Below are positions 50,351 through 60,274 of a DNA stretch of 64,000 nt, piece after piece. Location: contig CAVWPA010000003.1 of NCBI GenBank assembly GCA_963756875.1, positions 736,001 to 800,000 on the forward strand. Direction: 5' to 3'. Below the pieces are notes generated by a model. The model was not told the origin of the DNA. It made no database searches and worked only from the letters and a program-made list of their open reading frames with translations. The translations under genes and the position numbers were made by a program. This DNA comes from an uncultured Verrucomicrobiae bacterium. Its GTDB lineage: Bacteria; Verrucomicrobiota; Verrucomicrobiia; Chthoniobacterales; UBA10450. Positions within the stretch are counted from its first letter, which is position 1. Every line of letters starts with the position of its first letter.

Positions 50351-51286
50351 TTAGCGGTTGCGTGTGGAAACCGGGGCTTCGGCTTCGGCGCCTTCGCCGC
50401 CGAACAACCAGGAAAAAACGACAAACACCTGCACGCGTGGAGAATCGTCCGTGCAGCCAAAAAGCGGTGACACATCGACACGGGTTTGGGGCGTCGGTTT
50501 CCACGCGACGGTCGGTCCGATGACAAAACGATGCATCGGGTCCCCACGAGTGTCCTTTACGGTAAAGTTGCTGTATTGCATCTCCACGCCCGTCTTGAGC
50601 CGTTCGTTAGGCAACACGATCGGCATGGTGGCGCTCTGCGCAAAACCCCACTCTCGGCCGCGGTCGCCGGTGTTTTCCTTTTCAAAGAACCAGTTCATCG
50701 CCCATTCGACGCGTTCGCCAAAATCCTGCGCCAGCAACAGGCGGAATTCGTAGGCGTCCGGCACCTTCGGCGGGCCGCTCTCTTCTTCTTCCTCCCCCGG
50801 AGGTGGCGGCGGGCCTTCTTCGTGGCGGATGGTGCCGATGCCGAACTTGTATTCGGCGAACAGGGTCGGATTCAGCGGGATCTTGTTCCAATCGGCAAGC
50901 GCGTAGCGCGCTTCCAGGCTGGTGGTCTCCAAACCGCCGCCGCCGTTGAATCTCTCAAACGTGCCTTCGGTGGCAATGCCGAACCGATAAGGCAGGCCCA
51001 TTTCGATTTCCTGCGTGAACAGATGGTCTGGTGGGCCGTGCCAGAACGCGTCGCCTTCATAGATCTCGCCGAAATAGAAGGCCCATGGTGGCAGAACGTA
51101 GGCATTGGTGAGGTTGGAAAATCGGCTGCGCGAAAACCCCTGAGGGGCGCCGTAGGAGCTGGGCACCTCCTGGCCGGTGACGACGACGGATTCGGACGCG
51201 CCGGTTTGAGCGCGGACGAGCGGCGCGGTAGTGAGGAACACGCCACAAATCAATAGGCGGCTAATGAGAGAATGTTTCGGAGACAT
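50351..51286 (-). CDS. Secreted/outer-membrane protein with a TonB-box-like N-terminus
   Basis: Signal peptide then ESVVVTG; amphipathic strands (EARYALADW, LFAEYKF, FVIGPTVAW, FVVFSWLF). Confidence 0.6.
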   Translation of the reverse strand: MSPKHSLISRLLICGVFLTTAPLVRAQTGASESVVVTGQEVPSSYGAPQGFSRSRFSNLTNAYVLPPWAFYFGEIYEGDAFWHGPPDHLFTQEIEMGLPYRFGIATEGTFERFNGGGGLETTSLEARYALADWNKIPLNPTLFAEYKFGIGTIRHEEGPPPPPGEEEEESGPPKVPDAYEFRLLLAQDFGERVEWAMNWFFEKENTGDRGREWGFAQSATMPIVLPNERLKTGVEMQYSNFTVKDTRGDPMHRFVIGPTVAWKPTPQTRVDVSPLFGCTDDSPRVQVFVVFSWLFGGEGAEAEAPVSTRNR

Positions 51287-51422
51287 GCTGTTTTTCCTTC
51301 CTATTCGTATTTGCGAAGTCTGCTGGATGCCAGATTATTACAAACTTGTAATAAATGGCAACAGTCTATTCCAAGCGAGACCGGCGCTCTGGAACGGCCG
51401 TTCCAACAGGGTCCTGGGAGAG

Positions 51423-52823
51423 CTATTCCTTGTTCGGAAAAGTTAGAATGACGGTGGTCCCGCGATCCACCTCGCTGTGGATTGCGGCCGATCCGCCGTG
51501 CAGGTCGGTGATCGATTTCACCAGTGCCAGTCCCAGTCCCGCGCCGCCGGTGCTGCGTGACGAATCCGCCCGATAGAAACGGTCGAATATGCGCGGAACG
51601 TGTTCGGCCGCAATCCCGCATCCCGTGTCGCGCACGGAAATTTCCGAAGCCGCGGGGTATTGCGTGACAGACACTTCGATTTTTCCGCCGTCCGGCGTGT
51701 AGCGCAGGGCATTATCGAGAAGGTTTCCCAGCGCGCGGTCAAAGAGCGTCGGATCGGCGTATACGTTAGCGTTGCCAGTGCATTGAATGGCGATATTGCG
51801 GTCCTCGGCGATCGCCCGGTAGTAAGCGGCGATCTTTTCGACGGCCGCAGAGCCGTCAAAGGTAGTACGATGGATTTTATCCCGCGCAGCGTTCGCCCGG
51901 GCGACAAAAAGCAAATTGTCGACGATCCCGGAAAGTTTCTCGCATTCCGCTGCGGCCGACTCGACCACTTCGCGATATTCGTCGGACGAACGGGCGCGGG
52001 TCAACGCCACCTGCGCTTCGCCGAGAATGTTGGCGAGAGGCGTCCGTAATTCATGGGCAAGATCGGCCGAAAACTGCGACAAACGCGTGAAGGAGTCTTC
52101 AAGACGGTCGAGCATCTTATCGAATGCCGAAGCGAACGGTTGCAACTCCCGGGGCCAGCCGGCCGGTGCGACTCGTTCGTCAAGATGCGTCGGACCAACA
52201 CGCTCGAGCGACCGGGTCATTTCCGCGAGTGGCCGCAGACCTCGCCTGGTTACCGTGAGTGCAATGGCGGCCGCGGCGACAATTCCGCAGGCGAGCACGA
52301 CGGCAACCAGCGCGCCGAATTCCCGCGTGAATTGTTCATCGGACGAGCGGTCCTGGGCGACTTGTATCGTGTAATCCCGGCCGTTTCCCTGGTCGGTCGC
52401 GGCGACCAATGAAAATAATCGTGGGCCAACACGATATTCCTTCGTCGCTTGCATCGTGTTGCGGGCTGTCGAAGGGAGGGGGAAAACGGCGACGGGGAGA
52501 AGTTGCTCCATTCCCGGCGTTTCACTCACCGTGTGTCCGCTCGAATCGATGATCCGCACCCAGTAAACGATGTGCTCGCCGGCGCGCGCGTTTCTCAGCT
52601 CGTTGTCGAGCAAACTCGGACCGCCGGCTTTTTTCAAGTCGGCGCGCAAGGCGGTCAGCTTGTCGCTCAGAACGGCGTTATCCTCGGTTTCCGCATGTCC
52701 CGCAACCACCCAGTAAAAAACACCGAGCCCGCAGAAGAGCAGCAGCGCAGTGGCGAGCGTGAAAAGAATTACCAGTTGCGACGCGATCGAGCGCCGCTTA
52801 CTCCGCTTTGAGAACATAGCCAA
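51423..52823 (-). CDS. Heavy-metal sensor histidine kinase (CusS/CzcS-like)
   Basis: Two TMs, HAMP (PREL..AFD.ML.RL), FSADLAHELRTP H-box, NLLDNA, DTGCGI, FDRFYR, GAGLGL. Confidence 0.9.
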   Translation of the reverse strand: MAMFSKRSKRRSIASQLVILFTLATALLLFCGLGVFYWVVAGHAETEDNAVLSDKLTALRADLKKAGGPSLLDNELRNARAGEHIVYWVRIIDSSGHTVSETPGMEQLLPVAVFPLPSTARNTMQATKEYRVGPRLFSLVAATDQGNGRDYTIQVAQDRSSDEQFTREFGALVAVVLACGIVAAAAIALTVTRRGLRPLAEMTRSLERVGPTHLDERVAPAGWPRELQPFASAFDKMLDRLEDSFTRLSQFSADLAHELRTPLANILGEAQVALTRARSSDEYREVVESAAAECEKLSGIVDNLLFVARANAARDKIHRTTFDGSAAVEKIAAYYRAIAEDRNIAIQCTGNANVYADPTLFDRALGNLLDNALRYTPDGGKIEVSVTQYPAASEISVRDTGCGIAAEHVPRIFDRFYRADSSRSTGGAGLGLALVKSITDLHGGSAAIHSEVDRGTTVILTFPNKE

Positions 52824-53469
52824 TACCGCGGATCGTGTGGATCAGCTTCCTTTTGAACGGGTCGTCCACCTTTGCTCGCAGCCGGCGCACCACGACATCT
52901 ACGACGTTCGTTTCAGTATTGAAATCGATATCCCATACATGCTCGGCAATTTGTCGCCGTGAGATCACTTCACCGCCGGAGCGCGCCAGGTGAGCAAGAA
53001 GCAGAAATTCCTTGGGCGTCAGATTGAGGGCGACGCCCGATCGCGTCGCGCGGTTTCTGCGGGTATCGATTTCCAGATCGTCAATTCGCAGCTGGTCGAC
53101 GTCCTCGTGGGGCGTGCGTCGGAGCAGGGACCTGACTCGCGCCAGCAACTCCGGGAAAGCAAACGGCTTCACCATGTAATCGTCGGCCCCCAACTCGAGG
53201 CCTTTAACGCGGTCGCGCACGCTGTCCCGAGCGGTAAGAAAAATCACCGGAGTTCGTTTCCCGGCGGCGCGAAGCTCGGCCACAACGGCCCAGCCGTCCT
53301 TTTTCGGCAACATCACGTCGACGATGAGCAAATCGAACCGTTTGGTCTGAGCCGCTTTGATTCCGGTTTCTCCATCCTTGGCAATGGTCGCGGCAAAACC
53401 GGCTTCCCGCAGGCCTTTGGCGAGAAAGCCAGCCGTTTTCTTTTCATCCTCGATAATCAGGATGCGCAC
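52798..53469 (-). CDS. Heavy-metal response regulator (CusR/CzcR-like)
   Basis: MRILIIEDE, DVMLP, LTARD.V.DRVKGLELGADDY, TNVVDV..RRLRAKVDDPF, IHT.RG.GY. Confidence 0.92.
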   Translation of the reverse strand: MRILIIEDEKKTAGFLAKGLREAGFAATIAKDGETGIKAAQTKRFDLLIVDVMLPKKDGWAVVAELRAAGKRTPVIFLTARDSVRDRVKGLELGADDYMVKPFAFPELLARVRSLLRRTPHEDVDQLRIDDLEIDTRRNRATRSGVALNLTPKEFLLLAHLARSGGEVISRRQIAEHVWDIDFNTETNVVDVVVRRLRAKVDDPFKRKLIHTIRGIGYVLKAE

Positions 53470-53504
53470 CGCGCTAGTTTATAACGCTTCGGCGCCGAGA
53501 CACG

Positions 53505-53536
53505 AAAAAAGACCGCTTCGGGAGCGAACGGCCTTT
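53505..53536 (-). terminator. Intrinsic terminator after the PEP-CTERM gene
   Basis: Minus strand AGGCCGTTCG-ctcc-CGAAGCGGTCT followed by a T-run. Confidence 0.6.
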
Positions 53537-53537
53537 G

Positions 53538-54141
53538 TTAAAGCGAAGATGGAGAGCGAACTCGCCTGAGTATTGGGCGCGCGCGAGGCACAGACAACAC
53601 GGCCAGCAGCCCCAGGCAAACCAAAATTGCACTACCTGGCTCAGGCACGGCCGCGGTCTGTGTTTGAAAACCAAACGTCGCCTGCTGCTGGCCGTTCGCG
53701 CTGCTGGAAGTAAAGCTCCAGGATCCGGGCGTCGGAATCGAAGCCATTGCCGCTGATCGTTCCGATGCCGGTGATATTCAGAAATTGCGAATTCTGAGCG
53801 GTAATGGTCGACGATTGGAGATCGAACGTAAATCCGCCAACACTCCACAAAGCCGGCGTTTGCGTAGACGGATTGAAAATCCACGGCGCCGCCATGGTCA
53901 CATTGGTCCCCGGCGAAATGCTGGAAAAGTCTCCCGAGTCCTGCAAAACAAAAGAACTGTTCCAAATATCCACGCGCGTGGCAGTGGCCAGAGAAGTGGT
54001 ATCGTAGGTCACGACGCCGCCGAAATCGATGCTTCCCACGATCGGCCGCGCGTTTGCCCCCTGGCACGTGAAGCCGGCGACCAGTCCGATGGCCAGGATG
54101 GCGACGCGTGTGTTCGAGAGAATTTTCATCGGATTTGCCAT
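53538..54141 (-). CDS. PEP-CTERM protein (one +1 frameshift near 53736)
   Basis: MANPMKILSNTR signal peptide. Removing one T in gattccgacg joins GNGFD to PTPGSWSF...VPEPGSAILVCLGLL...RR. Confidence 0.8.
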
Positions 54142-54202
54142 GTTTGTTTCTCTTAATGCGAAACTCATTGGGTCTCTGGATGCCCCCGTGGCGAAATTTC
54201 TC

Positions 54203-54844
54203 CTAATCGGCCTTTGAAGCGTCCGGGTGCAGACCGGGCCGTTGCACAACGAAGAACATGATTTTACCCGCCTTCCGGTTTTGGCCGCTGGCGACAACCC
54301 GGTAGAGGGGCCGTTTCGGGCGCAACACGTCCCACGCGATCATGTTCGCGTTTTGCACCGGAGCCTTGGCAGACTCGCCAATTTTTTTGAAGGGGATCTC
54401 CTTACCGGGGCGAAGAAAGCCGCTAACATATGTGATTCGGCCTTCGTCGTCTGCCTTGACGAACACAAAGGAGTAGTCGGTCTTTGACAGTTCCCACAGA
54501 ACCTTTTGTTCTCCTTCGTCCGCGTCGTCTTCTTTCTCTTCTTTCGGCCGGTGAGCGGAATCGCAAAGCTTGTCGAGCTTTGCGTGCGCTGCTTCGAGAG
54601 TCGATCCAAGCTCCACGCCGAGGATCGATTTCATTACTTTGACCGATTTCGCGTTTGCCAGCCGCTCCTTGTACGGCGCGAGCGAATGGGCCGGCAAAGA
54701 CGATGCTGACTGGATTTGAGGTGAAAGCGACGCGGTCGGAGAGGCTTTCGGCATCGGTCTTTCTGACGGCGCTGTTTGGCCGATTGTCGACCCGACGGCG
54801 CCGAAAAATGAGACTGCGACAAGCAGCGATCTCCACGTGATCAT
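54203..54844 (-). CDS. Secreted hypothetical protein
   Basis: Signal peptide, Pro/Ser linker, ILGVELGSTL; lies in line with flanking minus-strand genes. Confidence 0.7.
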   Translation of the reverse strand: MITWRSLLVAVSFFGAVGSTIGQTAPSERPMPKASPTASLSPQIQSASSLPAHSLAPYKERLANAKSVKVMKSILGVELGSTLEAAHAKLDKLCDSAHRPKEEKEDDADEGEQKVLWELSKTDYSFVFVKADDEGRITYVSGFLRPGKEIPFKKIGESAKAPVQNANMIAWDVLRPKRPLYRVVASGQNRKAGKIMFFVVQRPGLHPDASKAD

Positions 54845-54850
54845 ACGCGA

Positions 54851-57595
54851 TTACGGCGAACTGGTGATCGTAAATTCCGTCCCGCCGCGGGTGATGTCCT
54901 GTAACGCGATGTTTTCTCCCGCTGGATCGGTGACAAAAGCGTGGCCCTTCAATCCGCAAAAAGTAGACCCGACGCCTATTGAGGCGTGGCCGACCGAGTT
55001 GAGATATGTGTTCAACTTCGCCGCGGAAACGCGCACGCTGATTTGCTTGACCAAACGATTGAACGCGCCGGCATCTGCGGTTCCACGCTTCGTATCGGTA
55101 CTCGATCCGTCGCTATTTCGGATGGTCGTACCCCAATTGAAAGTAATGGCGCCTTGAGCACTGGTCTCGGCATCCACCCAGAATTGATCGCCACGATCAG
55201 GCAATCCCCTCGAAAACTGGTTGCCAATCGGACCAATCACGCCCATCTCCGGAGCATTTGCCGCGAAGTACATTCGCCAGACGCAACTGCTTGGAGTCGT
55301 CGTTAGGTCAGACACAGTCATCGCAGCTGTGATGTACGGGCCCTGGTTCGTATTCTGCGATTGATATTTGATCGAGACGATATCGACCGGATTATTGGCC
55401 GGGGCGACACCGAGCAGGCCACTGTCCTGGTCCTGCGCGAAATCGGTCACCTGCTCGCCATTCGGTCCGGGCTGCATTGGTTGGGGCGGCGGAGCGCCAA
55501 GCGCGCCAACGGTTCCCGGGACAGCAAATGGCTGAGCCGGGAGCGATGTGCCTTCCTGCTGCGTCGGCAAATCGCCGGTGCCGTTAATGGAAGGCCCGCT
55601 GATTTGACGCGTTACGTAGGAGTGCCCTCGAAAATCATTGTGGTCATCCGTGTAACCGATCGCCGCCGCGCCCGACGGATCAAAGTTCACTTGGAAATAA
55701 TCGATGAGATTTCGGTTCGGCCCGCCTGTTAGCACCAGGCCGCTCAAGGAAATGTTGGAGGCGTGATTGGAATGGTCGCTTGCTTGGACGATGCGAAACG
55801 CAGGCGTGTTCGAGTCGGCGTTGAAACTTTGAGCGAAAAAGACACGCCAGTTTGCGTTATCATTGTTGGCCGAGTTATCGCTGCCGTACCACACAACTCC
55901 GACCGATCCGGCGACTGGGCCGGTGGCCAGCCAGGGCATGAGATTAATCGTCTCATCGGGGTCGGACGTGTCATTTACGCGCACCGGCGCAGTCCAAGTC
56001 TGCCCTTTATCCGCCGAACTCACCAAATAGATGTTGCTGGCGTCAGAATAGACGCCATAGACCGTGTGATTCACCGTGGCGACCCGAATCGGGAAAAAGA
56101 TGTTTGCGGTGTTTACGCCTGCCGGAACGGCTTGCACGACTGTGTATGACGTTGGCGCGTTTCCTGGCCCGGTCGTGCCGGGAACAACATTGTTCGCGGG
56201 ATCTCCGACCGCAACGTGTCCATCGTTGCTGCTCACATATACGACGCCCGTGGTTTGATCGACGTCGAGGGCGCCAGTCTGCGGAAAACTAATGCCGCCG
56301 GGCGGGAGGGCCGGCCCGTAATTTAGTCCTCCATCCGTCGATTGCTGAACGAAGGCGATGCCTTCGGCGAAATTTCGGTAAACGAGAAAAACATTATTAT
56401 TCCCAACAAAGCCCATCCATTGCCGGTCGTTAATTGGAACGCCGGCCAAAACATTCCCGGCCCCGTTAAAGGTGAAGGTTTGTCCGCGATCGAGCGAATG
56501 ACCGACAGTGACGTTCGCAGCCGTCAAACTTGCATAAGCCATGGCCGGTACCGCTTCGGAGTGTTCGCTTGGGCTCACGACGCCCGAGTAATTGTCGAAC
56601 CCAAGTGCGAGATCGATATCGCCGCCCCCCAAAGCGCCTGCCGAAAGCGAGCCCACGCCGTTTGAGCTAAATGGAGAATCGGGCTGGCCGCGATAAACCG
56701 GCACACGCATGTTCGGATCAAAGCCCGAACTACTTGAGCGCAAATCGAAGTAAAAGAGATTCACGCCTGCGGGAACGCCTTGGATCGGCATGATATAAAA
56801 ATTGCCTTGCGCATCAATGCGGCTGCTCGGTTCGCCGTCCTGATGTGCGGTCGGGGCTTTCAAAGGACTGTTGGGCGAAAACGTGATGCCGCCATGGGTG
56901 TAGGTCGCGATGCGAGATCCTCCTCCGCCACCCGTGCCGCAAAACGTATTTCCAACCAGCGTGTAACTCGGGTTCGCAGGGGTTGCGTTGCTCGTGTCAT
57001 CCACTGTCGCAAGAAGCCCGCCGACTTGTTGCGTGCCGATCAACAAATCGGTTTCGCCCAGAACATCTGTCAGCGTGCTGCCCACGACAGGGCTGCCCAT
57101 CTTACTATTTGAATTCGTGATCGTAATTGTACCGTCGGCGGAGAAGGTCCCCGAATCCGCTGAGCCGGACGAAGTGTAGTTGCCCTGACCTTGTGTGACC
57201 GCGTAAGTGCCGTAGCTGAAAGTCGCCTGCGAATTCTGGTCGGTATCCATGCTCACGAAATAAGTGTTGCCATCGATCGACGTGAACCTGATTCGCCAGC
57301 TCCCATTCGCGGGAACCGTTGTTAGATCCTGAACTTTCATGGTGAAAGTGATCTTGCCCGGATTCTGCGCCAGCTCGGCGAAGTAAACTCCCTGAATATC
57401 CTGAGTCCTCGAATCGTATCCGGGTGGATCCGGGGCAGGGGAATAGGGGTCCTGCTGATCCCCGGTCGGATCGCTGATTACGTGAACACCAGGCAAGGTG
57501 CAGGGACTGTCCGCGCTGAAGATTTGGTTCGCGAAAGTTAGCGCAAACGCGACCACAGCAATTGCCGGGACTCGGTGCAACATGGACATTTTCAT
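54851..57595 (-). CDS. Large secreted Asp-box (BNR, sialidase-like) beta-propeller protein
   Basis: Signal peptide after MKMSM; SLDRGQTF, STDGGLNY, SADKGQTW Asp-boxes; DRQWM. Confidence 0.75.
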   Translation of the reverse strand: MKMSMLHRVPAIAVVAFALTFANQIFSADSPCTLPGVHVISDPTGDQQDPYSPAPDPPGYDSRTQDIQGVYFAELAQNPGKITFTMKVQDLTTVPANGSWRIRFTSIDGNTYFVSMDTDQNSQATFSYGTYAVTQGQGNYTSSGSADSGTFSADGTITITNSNSKMGSPVVGSTLTDVLGETDLLIGTQQVGGLLATVDDTSNATPANPSYTLVGNTFCGTGGGGGSRIATYTHGGITFSPNSPLKAPTAHQDGEPSSRIDAQGNFYIMPIQGVPAGVNLFYFDLRSSSSGFDPNMRVPVYRGQPDSPFSSNGVGSLSAGALGGGDIDLALGFDNYSGVVSPSEHSEAVPAMAYASLTAANVTVGHSLDRGQTFTFNGAGNVLAGVPINDRQWMGFVGNNNVFLVYRNFAEGIAFVQQSTDGGLNYGPALPPGGISFPQTGALDVDQTTGVVYVSSNDGHVAVGDPANNVVPGTTGPGNAPTSYTVVQAVPAGVNTANIFFPIRVATVNHTVYGVYSDASNIYLVSSADKGQTWTAPVRVNDTSDPDETINLMPWLATGPVAGSVGVVWYGSDNSANNDNANWRVFFAQSFNADSNTPAFRIVQASDHSNHASNISLSGLVLTGGPNRNLIDYFQVNFDPSGAAAIGYTDDHNDFRGHSYVTRQISGPSINGTGDLPTQQEGTSLPAQPFAVPGTVGALGAPPPQPMQPGPNGEQVTDFAQDQDSGLLGVAPANNPVDIVSIKYQSQNTNQGPYITAAMTVSDLTTTPSSCVWRMYFAANAPEMGVIGPIGNQFSRGLPDRGDQFWVDAETSAQGAITFNWGTTIRNSDGSSTDTKRGTADAGAFNRLVKQISVRVSAAKLNTYLNSVGHASIGVGSTFCGLKGHAFVTDPAGENIALQDITRGGTEFTITSSP

Positions 57596-57617
57596 ATCTC
57601 GTGTGTCGTCAGTGCAG

Positions 57618-60248
57618 TTACGGCGAGTTGGTGAACGTGAACTCGGTTCCGCCGCGCGTGTAATCCTCCAGCGCGAGCCCGAGTGAGTCGGTCTGGTATG
57701 CGTTCCCGCGCAACCCGCACAAGGTCGAGCCGACTCCAATGGTCGGACGGCCGTGTGCGGCGAGATAGGCATTCAGTTTTGCCACCGAAATACGGACACT
57801 GATCTGGCGGACCGACTTGTTGATTGCGCCGCTATCCGCCGCGCCTTGGGACGTGGTATTGATTCCACCGCTGAAACTCCGCGAAGCGGTGCCCCAGTTA
57901 AAGCTGACGGTGCCTAACGGATTTGTCGCTGCTTCGATGTAGAATTGGTCGCCCCGATCGGACAAGCCTTTCGAAAACCGGTTGCCCGCCGGGCCAACAA
58001 TCCCCATTTCGGGCGCGTTGGCAGCGAAATACATCCGCCATGTGCAGTCCGGAGGAACTGTGGTCAGATCCGAGACCGTCATGGTCGCTGTGAGATACAA
58101 GCCCTGCGGCGTACTCTGCGATTGATACCTCACCGACACGATGTCGACCGGACTGTTGGTCGGCGTGGTCGCCAGCAAACCGGAATCCTGGTCCTGCACA
58201 AAGTCGGTGATCTGTTCGCCGTTCGGCCCGGGCTGCATCGGTTGCGGGGCGGGCGCGCCAACTGTTGCCGGCCCTGTGCCCGGTGTAACAAACGGCTGTG
58301 CCGGCAAAGCCGAGCCCTCCTGGGGCGAAGGGAGATTGCCTTTTGTCTTGTCGATGGACGGGCCGCTGATCTGGCGGGTTACGTAAACGTTGCCCGAAAA
58401 ATCGTTGTGATCGTCCGTGTAACCAACGACCGCAGCACCCTGCGGATCGAAATTCACCTGAAAATAATCCGCCAGATTTCGGTTCGGTCCTCCGGTAAGC
58501 ACCAGGCCGCTCAGCGAAATATTTGCGGCATGGTTCACATGATCGCTTGCCTGCGCGTATTGGAACGTCGGATTATCGTCCGTTGCGTTGAATGTCTGGG
58601 CATAGTAGACGCGCCAGCGCGCATTGTCGTCGTTTGTAGGGACACCGCCGCCGTTCACGTTATCCGTGCCGTACCAGACAATGCCCACCGAGCCGGGTGT
58701 TGGGCCGGTCGCCAGCCAGGGGAAGATGTTCATCTTCAAGTTGGGATCGGCCGGATTATTCACCCGTACCGGGCTGCTCCAATGCGCGCCTCGGTCGAGC
58801 GAGGAGATCAGGTAAACGTTTGCGCCATCGGAATACACACCGTAGACGGTCCCCGGACCGGTAAGAGTGTAGGTCCCGTCCGGATTGGTCGTGCGATGAT
58901 CCGCAGCCACGCGCAGGGCGAAGAATATATTCGCCACATTCACGCCCGACGGGGTCGCCTGCACAATCGTGTAACTCGTCGGCGCTTGTCCGGCCACGGT
59001 TGGAATTCCAACTGCCACCTGACCGTCATTGCCGCTGATATAAACCGTCCCGTCGAAACGATCGACGTCGCATGCTCCGGTTTGCGGAAGATTGCCGACC
59101 AGCGTAGCCGGCCCGTAGGTGAGGCCGCCGTCATCGGAGCGCTGCGCGAACGCGATGCCCTGCGCGAAGTTCCGGTACTCGAGATAAACGGTGTGGTCGT
59201 CCAGAAATCCCATCCATTGCCGGTCGTTCACGGGCGCGCCGCCCGCAAAATTTCCAACTCCATTGAACTGGAACGTTTGGCCGAGGTCCATGGATCGGCC
59301 GACCGTGACGTTCGCAGCCGTCAAACTTGCGTAGGCCAGCACCGGATCGGGCGTCGCGTTAAGGCCGAGGCCGTTATCACCGGAGTAGTTGCCGAAACCA
59401 ACGGCAAGATCAATGTCGCCGCCACCGAGCGCGCCGACTTGCAATTGTGCTTGCGCAGCCGCGCTGGAAGGCGAATCCGGTTTGCCGCGATAGAGCGGAA
59501 CGCGCAGGTTCGGATCGTAGTTGGGGTTTGCCATCGTTCCGCCCGGATGCATCGGATCCGGAATCGTCGGCCGCAAATCAAAGTACCAAAGATCGACTCC
59601 GGCAGGGACGCCCTGGATGCCGCAGAAATACGCGTTGCCGGTGCTGTCGATGCGGCTGCTCGGTTCGCTGTCCGCGAGTGCGGTAGGCGCCTTGCAGGCT
59701 GTGTTCGGCGAAAATGTCATTCCGCCCTGGATGTAAGAGGCGCTGCGAACAATCGGTCCGTTGACTAATGTGATCGTTCCTGTGGGCTGATCGGTCGCCG
59801 GAGTGCAGGCGAAGTAGATAACTTCGACATTATACTGTCCTGTCCCGTAAATATTGGGATCGAACGAAGTCGTTTCGCCTGTCTGCGGAGCACCGCCGGC
59901 GGATTCGCCCACCTGCTGCCCATTCGACCCGTCCACGTTGCGCTTAAATATATAGAGATCGCGGTCGTTGGCCGGGTTGATCCAACTGAGGTTGACCGAG
60001 ATGAGCTTACCGGAATAATCGCCGGGCGTGAGAGTCAGCACATAGGTGTCTTTGTTCACGCCCTCGATCCCGTCCGGCTCACTGTCGGCCGCCGTGCCGG
60101 GCGCGGTTCCGGTGAAGGTAAGCGGCGTCGCCGAGGATGGAGTCAGTGTGCCGCTGGCGGGGGTTGTTGCTTTGGTGGCGAAGGCCGGCAGGAGTAGAAA
60201 TGCGATTCCTACTGAGAACAGGCGCGTATAAAGGAGATTCTTTTTCAT
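57618..60248 (-). CDS. Large secreted Asp-box beta-propeller protein, paralogue of 54851-57595, with a PPC-like N-terminal domain
   Basis: SMDLGQTF, SDDGGLTY, SLDRGAHW; long near-identical blocks with the downstream gene (ALGGGDIDLA, YASLTAANVTVG, SLSGLVLTGGPNRNL, PQPMQPGPNGEQ). Confidence 0.78.
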   Translation of the reverse strand: MKKNLLYTRLFSVGIAFLLLPAFATKATTPASGTLTPSSATPLTFTGTAPGTAADSEPDGIEGVNKDTYVLTLTPGDYSGKLISVNLSWINPANDRDLYIFKRNVDGSNGQQVGESAGGAPQTGETTSFDPNIYGTGQYNVEVIYFACTPATDQPTGTITLVNGPIVRSASYIQGGMTFSPNTACKAPTALADSEPSSRIDSTGNAYFCGIQGVPAGVDLWYFDLRPTIPDPMHPGGTMANPNYDPNLRVPLYRGKPDSPSSAAAQAQLQVGALGGGDIDLAVGFGNYSGDNGLGLNATPDPVLAYASLTAANVTVGRSMDLGQTFQFNGVGNFAGGAPVNDRQWMGFLDDHTVYLEYRNFAQGIAFAQRSDDGGLTYGPATLVGNLPQTGACDVDRFDGTVYISGNDGQVAVGIPTVAGQAPTSYTIVQATPSGVNVANIFFALRVAADHRTTNPDGTYTLTGPGTVYGVYSDGANVYLISSLDRGAHWSSPVRVNNPADPNLKMNIFPWLATGPTPGSVGIVWYGTDNVNGGGVPTNDDNARWRVYYAQTFNATDDNPTFQYAQASDHVNHAANISLSGLVLTGGPNRNLADYFQVNFDPQGAAVVGYTDDHNDFSGNVYVTRQISGPSIDKTKGNLPSPQEGSALPAQPFVTPGTGPATVGAPAPQPMQPGPNGEQITDFVQDQDSGLLATTPTNSPVDIVSVRYQSQSTPQGLYLTATMTVSDLTTVPPDCTWRMYFAANAPEMGIVGPAGNRFSKGLSDRGDQFYIEAATNPLGTVSFNWGTASRSFSGGINTTSQGAADSGAINKSVRQISVRISVAKLNAYLAAHGRPTIGVGSTLCGLRGNAYQTDSLGLALEDYTRGGTEFTFTNSP

Positions 60249-60274
60249 GGGATAGGACGGTGAGGTTGGGTGGC

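Noticed and set aside
57945..59768. 607-aa plus-strand ORF
   Set aside because: Antisense shadow of the well-supported propeller gene; no motifs, and typical of high-GC codon bias.
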